In this document: piece by piece, positions 1 through 12,862 of the stretch
Layout of the letters: every line of letters starts with the position of its first letter
Numbering within the stretch: position 1 is the first letter of the stretch
DNA from: Nageia nagi
Taxonomy: Eukaryota; Plantae; Pinophyta
Assembly (NCBI GenBank): GCA_050084985.1
Contig: JBITNC010000001.1
Location: 72,354,001 to 72,418,000, forward strand
DNA: 64,000 nt
Direction of reading: 5' to 3'
The notes under the pieces: generated by a model
Databases searched by the model: none
Seen by the model: only the letters and a program-made list of their open reading frames with translations
What the model was told of the DNA's origin: nothing
Made by a program: the position numbers and the translations under genes

Positions 1-477
1 ACTTTTCCGTCAGTGAACTTCAAACCCATATCCGACCAAGTATCCTTTCTTTCTGCAAGGTGTTGTCCTTCACCTTTTACAGTATTGCCTTTACCCTTTC
101 TTTATGCTTTCATATCCAGATATGATCGTTAAGTACACACAAAAGTTCCAAACAAACTCTATACATTAAAGAATAAAACATCGTTGGTTAACAGACTACA
201 TACCTCTCATTCCATTCCATTGAGGTTGATTCCAAAGAGAGATACCACACTTTTTATTTATCTATCCCTATTCAGAAAACACACCTGGCAGACATACCTT
301 ACAACATCACAACATTGGGGTTGCTGGACAGGGTGTTTCAACAAAGAGCCCTGGAGGTACACAGTCCTTTTCAATCGAGGAATCGGTAACGCATTCCCAA
401 CTATGTTGCTTGGGATCTCCTAAGTTCTGTGTGCAATATTTAGAGTGTCCCACGTGGGAAAGAAAAGCATCCCAACA
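1..477 (+). mobile_element. 3' end of a TGTTG..CAACA giant element (copy E-1), inserted into copy E0
   Basis: Ends ...aaaagcatcccaaca at 477. It is the reverse complement of 24382-~24840, the 3' end of copy E3. Sequence after 477 switches abruptly to the reverse complement of E4's 3' region. Confidence 0.85.
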
Positions 478-3400
478 GATACCAAACTGATCACCACGAC
501 AAAACATTGTCTAAAGAGTTTATCCTTTTCAAACCAGTTAAAGGGATATCATCCAATTTATCCAACTTTGCAAACAAACAACTATTGTTCAAGTTGTTTT
601 AAAGAGGGGCGAGAACTGCGGCCGATTGATAACAATCAAATGGACATGGTGGAAGAATGTGGGAAAAACTAGAGTTTGGATGAAATTCCTAGTTTGATGT
701 CATAAAATAGGAAAGAAATTCATAATACCTCATTTAACATGCATGCTATGAACCAAGCAACTATCAAAGACTAGTTTCAAACACTTTAGAAAGGTAAAGC
801 AATGATATTTTCCCTAAAACTCGTGAGTTTTCAAAAGGAGGATGCTAAAGTGTCAAACCAACGATGATAATTCGTAAGAATCAATTCATGATATCACAAA
901 TGGATAAACAAGCTCGATCTTTGTCTTAACCACTTTGTATATAGCTTATAAACGAGTTATGTAGAAATACATCAATTTGCTCCTCTTTTACAAAAGTTTC
1001 ACTTTTCTTCAGAAAATGAGCTCACTCAAATGAGTCCGCATGCCTCTTATTTAATAGGCATTTTGGGGATTTTTCTAAAAAATCTAAAATTCTAATAAAA
1101 TGCTAAATTGAAATTATAATGTCGTTTAATGGGAGAAAAATACTCATCCCACTAAATATGCTTGAAAATAAACTATTTATAGAAATTGATGCCGTCTGGC
1201 ATGGATCTTGAGGCGTTTTGCATCAATTTTACAAAATTTGGAGCTTCAAATCATCATTTTGTATCCATTCATCAGTCTTTTGAGCTCCTTCCTTCTTTTA
1301 ATTTGGATTTGCCCTTGATGTGATCATCTGACAAAGTTTTAGGTAATTTTGAGAATATTTTCCGAAAAAGTGGACTTTTTGGTATATTTTTTGGGAAAAT
1401 GGAGGGGGGGTCGATTTTGGATTTTTTTAAAAATGTGGTTTAACCTCATGGATGGGTGAAGGATGGATTTATAAGGCATTTGGCAATTTTTGAGAGGATT
1501 TGGGGATTATGGGTGTTGGATTTGCTCATTTTCCTCTTGAGGGGTCATTTTGGAGGCTCCATAAGGTTTTGCACATTTGAATCTTTCTATTTTTTTCCTT
1601 TTTTTTTTCTCTTTTCAAGGGGAATAAGTAGAAAACATGCGCCTAGCCATGGAGGGGAGAGGTTTGGTTCAATTTGGGAGCTTGTAGAGGCAAAGTTGAA
1701 GGAGTTTGCATGCCCCTCAATACCCATGTCTTAGATTTTGCTTTTAGAAAAATTCAAATTTAGAAAAAAAGAACGTTTGCTTATTTGGAGATTTCTATTT
1801 TTTCCATTTTGGAGGACAAATTCATGGTTTGAGGGAGCTACACTCATGCATTTTGCAAATTTCAAAGACCAAATTGGTGTAGAATTGCATCATCTATGCT
1901 CTCATGCTCACAAATTTCAAATTTGATCAAATTTGGGGCTCTCTTTTCCTAGGCGTAGGTTTTCCATATTTTTCCAAGCTTGAGAAAAAATAGTAAAACT
2001 AGAAAACATGCGCCTACCTCCCATTTTTAAGATTTCGCTTATTTTTTGAAGTTTTCAAGGCCTATGCTCATGAATTTGCTTTGTCTTGATGCTCATGTCT
2101 TCAAATTGCAAATCTAAAATTTTGAGAAAATTTGGAGCATTCTCATTGGCTGCCGTCAACTCCTCGTTTCTATTTTTTCTCTTTAGGGAGGTGTTTTCTT
2201 GATTTGGAGGTGAAATACTTGACCAATTAGAGTGCTTCAAGGACCAATGTGATGTAGAATGCAATTGTGCACACTCCCATGCTTGAAATTTTGCATTTTG
2301 ACCAAATTTGGGCACCCTTTTTCCTAGGTGCAGGTTTTCCCATTTTTCTATTGCTTGGAAAAATTAGAAAACTTTGAAAATGTGCACCTAAGGGTGGAGG
2401 ATGGAGGTTTGATCTTTTGAGGGTACTTCCTTGAGCATATGCTTTATTTTCCATGCTCTACAACACCCATGTCTTGGATTTTGATTTGGAAAAATTCAAA
2501 TTTGGAAGAAAAAAGTTGGCATATTTGAAGTTTTCTATTATTTTTTCTCTTTTCAAGGGGAAAAAGTAGAAAACATGCGCCTAGCCACCCCTTGTGCAAT
2601 TTCACTTCATTTTGAAAATTTCCAAGCCTAAACCTTATTCTTTTTCCAAGACCTTCCAAAGGGTATTTGTAATGACCCTATTTTTAAGAATATCTTGCAT
2701 TTGGGATTTTCCACAAATCTTTTTTCCTACAAGTCAGATATGGTCGTTGCACCTTCAGAATTGGATAGAGCATCTCGTGGCATTTGTTTTAAGTGGTCAC
2801 ATGACCCCTTTTGGACAAGAAATGAAGGAGTTATGGCTACTTGAAGTTCGCCAGTCGGACCAGTCTTCCATATCGCGCCTACACACGAAAATCCACTTAA
2901 CATAGTGGATTTTTACTTAAAAGTGCAATGTTGAATTATAATAAACTTTTATGTTATTCTAATATTATTTTAAGTACTTTTATTTGTAATAAGGCCAATC
3001 AATGACTTAGATTAGCTTAGAGGGGTCAATGCAAGATTAGGGTTGGAGTCTATATAAGGAGATGCAACACTCCATTTTGGGTATGTTATGTGATATGAAA
3101 ATTGAATATTGAAACCCTAGAGTTTCCATGAGTTGAGATTGCAGGTCTTGCTCATTCCCATAGTGCATTGGAGGTGCATGGTTGGGGACTTGGCAACATT
3201 ATTGAAGTGTTATTGCCCTAAAATATCAAAAATACAAAAAGAGGCATCTGTGAGGGTTCGTGGCATTTCTTTTGTGGAGGGATTCACTCAGTTTGGAAAG
3301 TTTGTATCTGCATTTTTAGTTTCGTGAGGATTCCATTTGTCCATTCCAGCTTGTATTGGTTTGGAAATATTTAATATATATGATACTGGCTGATTTCTCC

Positions 3401-4173
3401 TCATACTAGTGTTATTTTATGAGCAATTTCTGAGTTATTTTATTGCTGCAATTTATTTCTGCATTTTTATATTGAGGGTTTGCTAGAAATAAAGAAATAA
3501 GAAATAAAAGGAACATCATAGTATTCTCATATTTTTCATTTAAACATGTATGAAAAATCTCATCTTTTCTATGTAAGCTCAATTCCACACTTCTTGGAGG
3601 CATTAAGACTTCAAAACCTTCATTAGGTTCCCTAGGGAGCTTCCTTGATCAAAATTGAGAAGTTCCAAGCCCAAATGTGCCTCATTTTGAATTGTCTATG
3701 ACCCTTTGTCACCAAACTTTGCATTAACCATGAATCCACACCTTGCTTTTTCCATTGGACGCATATCTTCATCATCTCCAAGGGCAAAGGAACTTATTTT
3801 CCCATTTTGCACTTGGCTTATATTTAAGACTATTTGAATCAATTCTCGGCCATTTTTAAGAGCAAAGGTACTAAATTTTCCATTTTGCACTTGGCCAATC
3901 TTCAAAAACTGTGCTCACTGCCTATGAACATCATCCCCTAGAGTTAGGAGTCTTGAAAGCTCCAAAATTTATAGTTTGGCACACTGAACTGCCTCACAAC
4001 ATCTTGTGAATAGCCTTTTTGCACCATCTTTAGTGGCATCATCCCTTTCAAAATACTCTCTATCATCTAAGTCGACTTCTTCTACTGTCTTTCTCAGAAG
4101 TGGGTCTTCAGATTTGCAAAATAACAGGGTCCTCAAAATCTTGTATTTTGGGGTATGTTGTGCAAGCACAACA
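478..4173 (-). mobile_element. ORF-less copy (E0) of the giant TGTTG..CAACA family, interrupted by a solo LTR
   Basis: Minus-strand 5' terminus tgttgtgcttgcacaacataccccaaaatacaagattttgaggaccc matches the E4 start at 39800. 3590-3745 matches the reverse complement of 40080-40230, and 478-1060 matches the reverse complement of 44400-45010. No homolog of the family ORF lies between these parts. Confidence 0.8.
2668..3520 (+). mobile_element. Solo LTR related to LTR family A
   Basis: tgtaatgaccc...gaacatcata (terminal CA mutated to TA), perfect TSD GTATT (2663-2667 and 3521-3525). The first ~550 bp match 37142 onward; the 3' part differs. Confidence 0.85.
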
Positions 4174-4357
4174 AGGAGTCCTATAACCTACTAGGTAGAA
4201 AACCTTTGTCGGCTTCTACGAGCAGCTTGGGTTTTACCACTTCCTTTATTACCCTTCCACATGAGTATAGTTTCTTTTCTTTGGCTTGCAGGATTGGAAC
4301 CCATGACCTCCTAAAGGGAGACCAAGAGACCTTACCACTACACCAACGTCTCACGAC
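4174..4357 (-). mobile_element. tRNA-derived SINE-like unit, copy 1
   Basis: Minus-strand A box TGGTGTAGTGG (4335-4345) and B-box-like GGTTCCAATCC (4291-4301), 33 bp apart, followed by a non-tRNA body. Cut by E0 at 4173. Confidence 0.65.
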
Positions 4358-5310
4358 TAAAATTTTAGGGTAAAGTTTCGTGGGTTTTATATCCATGTGC
4401 GTGTAATGGGGAGTCCTATAACATACTAGGTAGGAAACCTTGATCAGCCTCTACTAGCACCTCGGGTTTTACCACTTCCTTTATTAGCCCTCTATATGGG
4501 TATAGTTTTGTGATGTCACCTTTGGATAAAATGTAATTAATGATGGAATCTAATGGATTCCCTTTTGTATTATATTTTATTATTTTATTGTGCTTTAAGT
4601 TAATACTTTGAATAGAAGACTTAATGGGTCATTGGACCCCACTATGAGCCCCAAGTGGGACATCTCCCTCTCAAGGATAGATTAGGTGTTTTAATGTACC
4701 TGAAGATCCTGATCATGATTGTGGGAATCTCAAGGTCTATTTAGCACTTAGGCGGATGGATGAGCTTCTACCATTCAGTTGGTCACCAAGATCAGAGGAG
4801 GGCTCCTTCAATGGAGAGGATTCAGGTTTTGAGGGAGCAAGACTGTCTCATTCGTCCATCCAGTTTGAGGATATACGTTGTGCCCTAGTTGACTGCATTG
4901 AGGCCAACGTCCAACTTTGGGAGCTTGGTATTGTATCACTGTTCATTCTTTATCATACATACAACCAGTGGGCATTTGGATCTCATGTTATATTGTGTTA
5001 TTTTCCATTATTGCAATGTTGTGGTTTGATTATCTATTCTTGCATGTGTAAGCCAGATGTTGGCATTGTGAGCTTGTAATAATTGTTGTGGGTTGATCTT
5101 GGCTAGACGTTGGCACATTTGAGTTGTGAATGTATTGTTTGGATGCCCTAGACCAGACGTTAGGGTTTATTGACCTGAATTTGCTAGTTTGCACTTGAGA
5201 TTGTGTTTGGGATCATTACAAGTTTCCTCCCTTTGGCTTGTGGGATTGGAACCCATAACCTCCTAAAGGGAGACCAAAAGGGCCTTACCACTACACCAAT
5301 GCCTCACGAT
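4358..5310 (-). mobile_element. tRNA-derived SINE-like unit, copy 2 (tandem), split by a solo LTR
   Basis: 4409-4508 plus 5221-5310 repeat 4174-4357. A box at 5288-5298, B box at 5243-5253. Confidence 0.65.
4509..5220 (+). mobile_element. Solo LTR (712 bp)
   Basis: tgtgatgtc...gatcattaca termini with perfect TSD AGTTT. The SINE resumes exactly after it. Strand is uncertain. Confidence 0.85.
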
Positions 5311-6859
5311 GATTTAAATATGTATATCACTTTTATGTTATTTAAGCATTTCTGAGCTACTATGAAAATGTACTAATGGTGTCATGGTTTTACTAGAGAG
5401 ACTTTGTGAAAAACTCTATAGTTTTATTAATAGCAAATTATGTTAGATAATCAAAATCTGATTAAAACAATTTGCATGATGGACTATTATCATTAGCATA
5501 TTTAAGAATGTGGTGCGTAAGGTACAAACCCAATTTATTCCTTAAGCAGTTTTTTCAAGTGGGTTTTGATGTTGAGATGCACTTACACTTGTGGTGGCTG
5601 AAAGATTTACCAAGACTATAAGGTAACAACTATCTGTGCCAATTCTCTATATTGGAAAACATTAAATTATATCTTAAATGCATGATTGTTAATACATATG
5701 AAAGTGGATAGGTTTATCCTTCTTAGTGGTCAAAGAATAATATACTATATCAGATTATTTATAAGCATATTTGTTATTTATTGTATGTAGTGGTTTTGGA
5801 AATTGCTTAGAAACTCATAACAATAACCTAGTACGTATTTCTTAGCATTTCGATTGTTTGTAATGGATAACTAATATAAGTCTGCTTTTAGAGTGCATAT
5901 TTCTGTACATATAGCAAGGGAATTCCAAGCATCTGACTAAAATGTAATGTACGAAATGGGAATACATGGAAGACTGGTATTCACATGTAAATAACCGGAT
6001 TGATAATGGTGATTGTTGAGTCGTTGAGCTGCACCATACACTAATGTATGTGCCTGCACTTTTGGGATCTTCCGCTTTTTAATATACATATATATTCTAT
6101 TATGGGCCTTGCCCATGTACATGTTGGTGCTTCAGTCTATCACTTGCATGAGCGGGGATTGCCTTCTGTCACGTTTCGTACATGTGATATTCTATTTGAA
6201 TTTTATAATTCCATAGGTCAGCTGATTCCTATTAGTCTATGGACATACATGAGTCATCAAGAGAGTCTTTAAAATTTGGTTCTTGCTTGAGCTCTTTAAA
6301 TATTTTTTGTCCTTCATTTTGCGTGTAATGCATTCCTTGTGGCATTTTATATGAAATGTTAGTGTTACATGTAAAGTTGGAGATTTGATGCGATCTGCAC
6401 AAAGCACGAATCCATTTAAAATAGGGAAATGCTACCATAAATGACTAACCTAAGAAAACAGAAAATTTAAAAGAAAAACCAAGAAATGGGAATGACAATT
6501 CTGAGGAACTATATTTGACTTGTCTGATAATTTTCTTGTTTTTTGAATCACAATCACATTTTTCCATATTTAATTAATATTATTACCAGAAAGAGATCAT
6601 GTTCTGAATGTCTTGGGAGGCTGCTCTATTGGAGAGATATAGTGTTTGAGCTCTATTCACAGCTTACAAAAGTATGCTGTCGCTGCAGTTGATTCCGAAA
6701 TTCTCAACAGCTAGAATAATATTTGGAGGGATTGGAAATGATTTTGACAATTATGTCTAAAGATTTATATGGCCAAATAAGGCACAACATATTGATTGTT
6801 CTCCATTTCAACAATCACTAGGGGTTATGCCATCTTACATATTGTTCCTAACATTCTTT

Positions 6860-7180
6860 CAGTCCATTTGGGAGGTAAAGTTCTCCTTTAAGCTCAAAGT
6901 TTTGTTTTGGTTAATGCTGCGCTAAGTATTTGCAAATAAGACACATATGAAAAAAAACTTAACTACAAGATTCTTGGTATTTTGTATGTGGAAGGGAGGA
7001 GACAATTGGACATATCTTTTGAAGATGCGCTAATGCTAGAAAGTTTTGTTTAGAGAGTGGGCTGGAATTAGTTTTCTTTTAATTGTGTGTCTCTTTGTGA
7101 AGCTCTATTGTAAGAGAGGATGATTTGGAATAGCTGCAAAAACATACACAACACGTGTATGGGTGCATTGGCCTTTTAGA
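6860..7180 (+). mobile_element. Decayed L1-type LINE fragment (zf-RVT region)
   Basis: Broken translation IWEVKFSFKLKVLFWLMLR...C...EETIGHIF..C resembles the C-terminal zinc-finger region of plant LINE ORF2. Confidence 0.45.
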
Positions 7181-7480
7181 AGATGATATTCAGTATTGAA
7201 GATCCCCAAATTCTGTCTTTTGGGGGAAGCTTTAGTAGCTTTATTATGTTAGAACTTTCCTTCTTCATCAAGGATTTAGTGCTAACGGTGATATACCTAT
7301 TTCAGTTAATAAGAAGATACTTAGTGAATTGATGTGGTCCCTGCATATTGAAAGTTTTTCTACTTTTCATTTGTAAGAAGGCTTTTACTGACTTATTGAT
7401 CATTTGCTATTGACAATGTAATCTATTAGTATTTAAGTATCTCTCCCATCTCCAAGTTGGTTTTATTTGATTTTCTGTAG

Positions 7481-7755
7481 GAGATGTTGCCAGATTACAT
7501 TCAATTACGAGTTGCAGAATCCATTCTTTTTGTGGGCAAGGCAGTTAGAGTGCTCCGCAATCCAAGCCCATCTTTTAGAAGCCAGGAGGTTGGATCTCAT
7601 CAACAAGGTTCAAAGACTTCAAACAAACAGTCCAGTGTACAGGGGGCTTTCCTTTACAACAGGAGTCTTTTTTGCAAGTGAAGCCTCTACGTGATGTCGA
7701 GCTTCTTCCACAATCCGAAGCTGATAAAATTGCTGCAATGCTTGGAGAATTGAAG
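7481..7755 (+). CDS. GCP4: Gamma-tubulin complex component 4, internal exon (1-bp frameshift near 7642-7646)
   Basis: ttttctgtag| EMLPDYIQLRVAESILFVGKAVRVLRNPSP... then, in the shifted frame, ELLPQSEADKIAAMLGELK |gtacag. Matches plant GCP4 (DMLPDYIPMRLGESILFAGKAIRVLRNPSP...ELLPQSEADKIEAML). Confidence 0.92.
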
Positions 7756-8044
7756 GTACAGGTTTTGACTGGATGGTGCTAGTAGTTAAATGGCACTTAT
7801 GTTTATATCAAAGTATTGATGTGTTTTGAATCGAGTAATAAATGATATATTTCATTTTTTTGACGTAGCAGTTGATATTACTGAATTGATGAGATAATAC
7901 AAATCTCTTATGGAAACATTTTTTGGGTTTCAAATGCCTTTGTCAAGGTTATTTCTAGATGGGAGATGTATATCTGCCATTTGTGGAATTTGTCCCTCCT
8001 ACCAAAATTGCTTTCATAACGTTTAACTTACTGTTGATATGCAG

Positions 8045-8125
8045 AAGATGTCTGAATTCCACAAGAGGTCATTTGAATGTGCTGTTGATTCGATTCGTGC
8101 TATTGCAGCTACACATCTTTGGCAG
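8045..8125 (+). CDS. GCP4: GCP4 exon
   Basis: gcag|KMSEFHKRSFECAVDSIRAIAATHLWQ|gtttg. Confidence 0.95.
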
Positions 8126-8231
8126 GTTTGATAGAACAGAAATGTGAAAACCATAATATCATTTGGGAGGATATCTTATGATACTGATTGGACTTTTCAA
8201 TATTTTGGTTTCTTATGCTAGTTTCTTGTAG

Positions 8232-8315
8232 CTTGTTGTTGTACATGCAGACTTAAATGGTCACTTGAAAGCGCTTAAAGACTACTTTCTTTTGGCCAAA
8301 GGGGATTTCTTTCAG
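8232..8315 (+). CDS. GCP4: GCP4 exon, followed by a GC donor
   Basis: cttgtag|LVVVHADLNGHLKALKDYFLLAKGDFFQ|gcaagt; conserved GRIP-domain motif YFLLxxGDF. Confidence 0.95.
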
Positions 8316-8949
8316 GCAAGTTCTACAGATATGAATGTAACAGCGGACAGTTTGCTACTTGTTTATTAGACTAGAATGTGAGCATTAAAATATATGCATA
8401 ATACAATTATAGAGTAAACACAACTGAAAATGTTACTCTCAGTTAGTTGCAAGGGAAGTCATTACATGTACCCGACAGTCAACCAACTCAATCACTACAG
8501 CCATGAGTCTGCCCTTTGTTGTAGACATGCGCTTTTACATTTGTAGCTGCCATTAACCTTATATTGTGTTTTGGAGTTAGGATATGATTGGGCACATATA
8601 GTGTGCTGCATTACAAGGATAGATTTTTTTATTGAGGTCATCTCCCAGTTAGGGCTTTTCATTTGTTTCTAGTAAGTAAGATTAGTTGCTGTGGTTCCTA
8701 AGTTCTGAATTGGCTGTTTTTACATTTAAATGGTGGTTGTTGGGTGGCTCTTAGGATATCACAAGTCATTCTTGGTTTACATTGCTACAGCCTTTTGTTT
8801 TATTATTTTCCTTTCTACTAAAACTTTTTTACCATTTCCACTTATGACATTGTCATACACTGTGTAAGCTTTAAGATTTCAACATGCTAATAGGTGCTCA
8901 TAAACCCTACAAGTACTATAAATTGTGGGATAAAATATATCCACTGTTA

Positions 8950-9118
8950 TACCTTTTCCAGAGTCTCTTTGTCATTTTTCACATATCCTGAGCTCCAGTA
9001 TTTCCCGATCATGAGATGTCGTTCTCTTGGTCTTTCCTCTCGAACATGATTCTCTTCCAAAATTTGTGTGTCCCCAAAATTCGCTGGAATTTAGGGGTGT
9101 GTTGTGGAGGCCAAAACA
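8950..9118 (-). mobile_element. Truncated 5' terminus of a giant-family copy (E6), inserted in the RNase H region of Gypsy element B
   Basis: Minus strand tgttttggcctccacaacacacccctaaatt...attttggggac matches the family terminus and begins exactly where RNase H homology stops. Left boundary is approximate. Confidence 0.6.
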
Positions 9119-12066
9119 CTTAGACAAAGCATGCATGATAACAAGCATCCTTTTGTCATAAATAGAAATGTCTTTTCTATTGGAGTGAACTTCCTACTCT
9201 CAAATGCAATTGGCTGTCCCTTTTGCATAAGAACAACACCAATACCAAAACCAAAAGCATCACATTCAACCACAAATGGTTGTGTAAAATCAGGAGTCAC
9301 AAGAAAAAGACAAAAAATCATTACTTGCTTCAACTTCTGAAAAGCTTCTTGTGCAGCATTGCTCCATTAGAATGCTCATTTCATTGTCAAATCTGATAAA
9401 GGGGCTGCTAATTGAGAAAAACCCCTAGTGCACCTTCTGTAGTAACTGCATAAGCACAAAATCCTCTCAATCTTGTCAACATTGAGGGTATAGGACAATT
9501 TTGGATGGCTGAAATCTTTTGTTGATCAACTTGTACACCTTGGGTGTTGATTATGTGCCCTAAGTGCAAAATTTCAGTCATCTCAAACTCACTCTTGGAC
9601 GTTTTGGCATAGAATTTCTGCTATTCCAAAATTTCCAAAACTAAATCCAAATGCTGCAAATGTTCTTCCCATGAACTGTTGTAAACCAGAATGTCATAAA
9701 AAGAAACTAACACATAATCCTGCAACTGTTTTATGAAAACATGGCTCATCGCTAATTGGAATGTGGCAGGTGCATTTGTCAAACCAAATGGCATCACCAA
9801 AAACTCATAATGATCATAATGACATCTAAAGGCAATTTTGTGCACATCGTCATCTCTAACTTTGATTTGATAATAACCAAATCTCAAATCTATCTTTTAG
9901 AAGTAGATTGCACCATGGAGCTCATCTATAAGTTCATAAATGCTAGGGATAGGGTACCTATTTTTAATGGTCTTTGTATTAAGAATCCTATAGCCAATAC
10001 ATGGTTCCATCTTTTTTGTTGAATAATACAACAAAAGATGCAAAAGGACTAGAACTAGGATAAATGTGACCCATCTCTAGTAACTTCTTGATTGTTTTTT
10101 CAATTTCATCCTTGAACACACGTGGGTGCCTATATGGAGTGATCATAATAGGTTTTGTACCCTTCTCTAATTCTATGATATGTTCAAACTCTCTATTGGG
10201 TGGCAAACCCTTAGGCATATCACCAAACATTACACTATGCCTATCAAGGATGGATTTAATATCAAGATGATATGTAACATCATTTTTACTAGAAGAAGAG
10301 AAGATGACATACCTTTCACCATGAACATTTCTCCCCAAAGTATGTCCTTTTTGAGAATCCTCTCCATTGCATCACATTACGCTCATTAAATTTGAACTTG
10401 AACTCTAACAATTTGTAGTTAGTGCGAATCTCTCCCAGAGAGTACAACCATTGGACACCCCAAACTGCATGTGGAATCCCTCCCATATGGTAGATATAAA
10501 AAATCATCAGTAACCTCATAGTCACAAATGGTACCTTTCAATTGTTTGACCACTTGGTCACAAATTGAAATCTGTCCATTTGCATTGGCAACCTTAAAAC
10601 TATCAAAGTTCTTTGCTGTAAGCTTCTTTTTGGTCACAAAATCTGCATCAATGAAATTGAAAGTTGCCCCTCCATCAATCAACATAATAACATCATTTTC
10701 AGCCATTTTTCCTTTGACTTTGATGGTCATATACTTGGACACACCTGAAATAGTGGCCAAGGTATTATGTCCAACATCATCATTGTCTTGCGATGGCTGT
10801 GAAGATTGTTGTTCCATTATAAATTCTGCAAAATCAGCAGGCTCTAATTCTGTTTCAAACTCCTCATCAGGAAATAACTTCACCAAATGGAGCTGCCCTT
10901 TACCAAGGGAATTGTGACTGGGTTTCCAAGGTTTTTAACAAGAAAAACACAACCCTTTCTTCCTCAATTCCCTACGTGTAGCGTCATCCATTTTATTTGC
11001 AGGTGGCTGATTTCTTTGAGGCTAATTTCTTTTTGGATGATTACTTCCTTGCTGTCGATGTTGTTGGAATGGCACAAATGACCTAGATCTAGGTTGCTAT
11101 CCAAACCTAGATAGTGGAAATGTTTGGAATTAGCCAATGAGGCTTTTAAATTTAGAGCCTTCCTGATTGCATCTTGAACAGTGGTGGGCTCAAAGGCTCA
11201 AACAAACCCTCATCAAAGAGAAAATAACCCTTTGCTCCGAAATGTTAGGGACCATGCAACTTTATGAAATTCAACAATCTATGACTGCACTGTTCTTCTT
11301 TGCCTTGTAGCAGTAAGATCTTTGAAATACTTATCCCCATGCTTTCTCTCAAGCGATCCAAGATCCTGTTGGAAGCCTAATCCTTAGGGATTAAGGTTAA
11401 TCATTAGATTTAGGTGTTAAATGTGTAGGTGATAAAATTAGTTCATATTTCTATATTTGGTAGTTGAGGAGTTGTTTATTTTTAGAGATTCTCTTGAAGG
11501 ATTAAGTATCCTTCTCTTCTTTATATGCTTATCATTTCATAATGTAATTTGGGCTTTTGGAGTTAATTCTACAGATCCTTTTACTGAAATTAGGAAATAA
11601 ACGAATGAATCCATGGCCTTGTATGATAATGCCATGATGCTACCAGTCATATGCAACACCTCCAAGATGTAGGGTTGCAAATCGAACAACTTCCTCCTCA
11701 ACCATGGGGTTGAGACTAAAATAGGTCTGCAACTTCTATAGCCAAGCTCTAGGCGTGATACAATATCCTCCATCAAACATAGGGACTTGCATTCTAGTCA
11801 ACTTGTATTGTAGATCTCTCCTATCATCATATTTGTTTCCTCTTGGAAACCTATTTCTTCGGAGCCTTTTCCCTATATACTCCAAGTATTTGTCAAAGGT
11901 AACTATATTCTTGAAATTTTCTGGTTTTGCCTCATATTCTGCAACAAGGGCATCAAACTCATCAGTGGGTATATGCTGATCTGGATCTGAACCAGTGACA
12001 TGAGGCTGGATAAACATAGGATGGGGAGGCCTAAGAAGAGGTGAAGCATGGGCAATTGTAACCTTT
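9119..12066 (-). pseudogene. gag-pol pseudogene of element B (gag C-terminal part, protease, RT, RNase H N-terminus)
   Basis: ORF fragments 11736-12017, 10419-10886, 9988-10338, 9621-9887 and 9091-9333, with stops and frameshifts. Confidence 0.9.
11367..11573. mobile_element. Very short solo LTR (207 bp; TRIM- or Copia-like) inside gag of element B
   Basis: tgttggaag...ttctaca termini with perfect TSD GATCC (11362-11366 and 11574-11578). Confidence 0.8.
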
Positions 12067-12862
12067 TGTAATTCCCAAAAACGAAATTACAGAAATACAA
12101 GTATAGAAAAAATACAAAACTGAAATATTACTCAAAAGACACCTAGAAATGAGTAATAACCAGCCAAGAGAATATATTAAAATATTGCAAGACAATACAT
12201 GCGCTGGAATAACCAAGGGCATCCACAAAATAACATCAAAATGCAGATACAACACCCCCAAAATGCCACGAATCTTCTTGGGACTAGTTTTGTATTTTTG
12301 TGTTTTTAGGGCAATCACACCTTCAATGAAATTGCCAAAGATCCCCATCATGCACCTTCAATGCACTTTGGGGTGAGCAAGACCTTCAATCTTCACTCAA
12401 GGAAACTCAAGGGTTTCAGAATTCAATTTCAATAATATCAATAACATGCCCCAAATGGAGCGTTGCCATCTCCTTATATAGTCTCCAACCCTAATCTTGC
12501 ATTGACCCCTCTAAGCTAATCTAAACCATTGATTGGCTTTATTACAAATAAAAGTGCTTCAAATAACATTAGAATAACATAAAAGCTTATTATAATCCAA
12601 CATTGCACTTTTAAGTAGAAATCCACTAAGTAAAGTGGATTTTTGTGTGTGGGCGCGATATGGAAAACTGGTCCCATTGGCGAACTTGAAGTAGCCATAA
12701 CTCCTTCGTTTCTAGTCCAAAAGGGATTGTGTGACCACTTAAAACAAATGCCATGAGATGCTCTATCCAATTCTGAAAGTGAACAACCATATCTGACTTG
12801 TAGAAGAAGAGATTTGTGGAAAATCTCAAATACAAGATATTCTCAAAAATAGGGTCATTACA
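12067..12862 (-). repeat. 3' LTR of element A
   Basis: TG...CA termini; near-copy of 36311-37105; adjacent PPT. Confidence 0.9.

Noticed and set aside
4285-4350. tRNA gene
   Set aside because: A and B boxes are present but there is no convincing cloverleaf, and it is embedded in a duplicated longer unit. Treated as SINE-like.
5310-7480. Upstream GCP4 exon (expected ...DWHxGFHI...)
   Set aside because: No matching translation with splice sites was found; it probably lies before the window.
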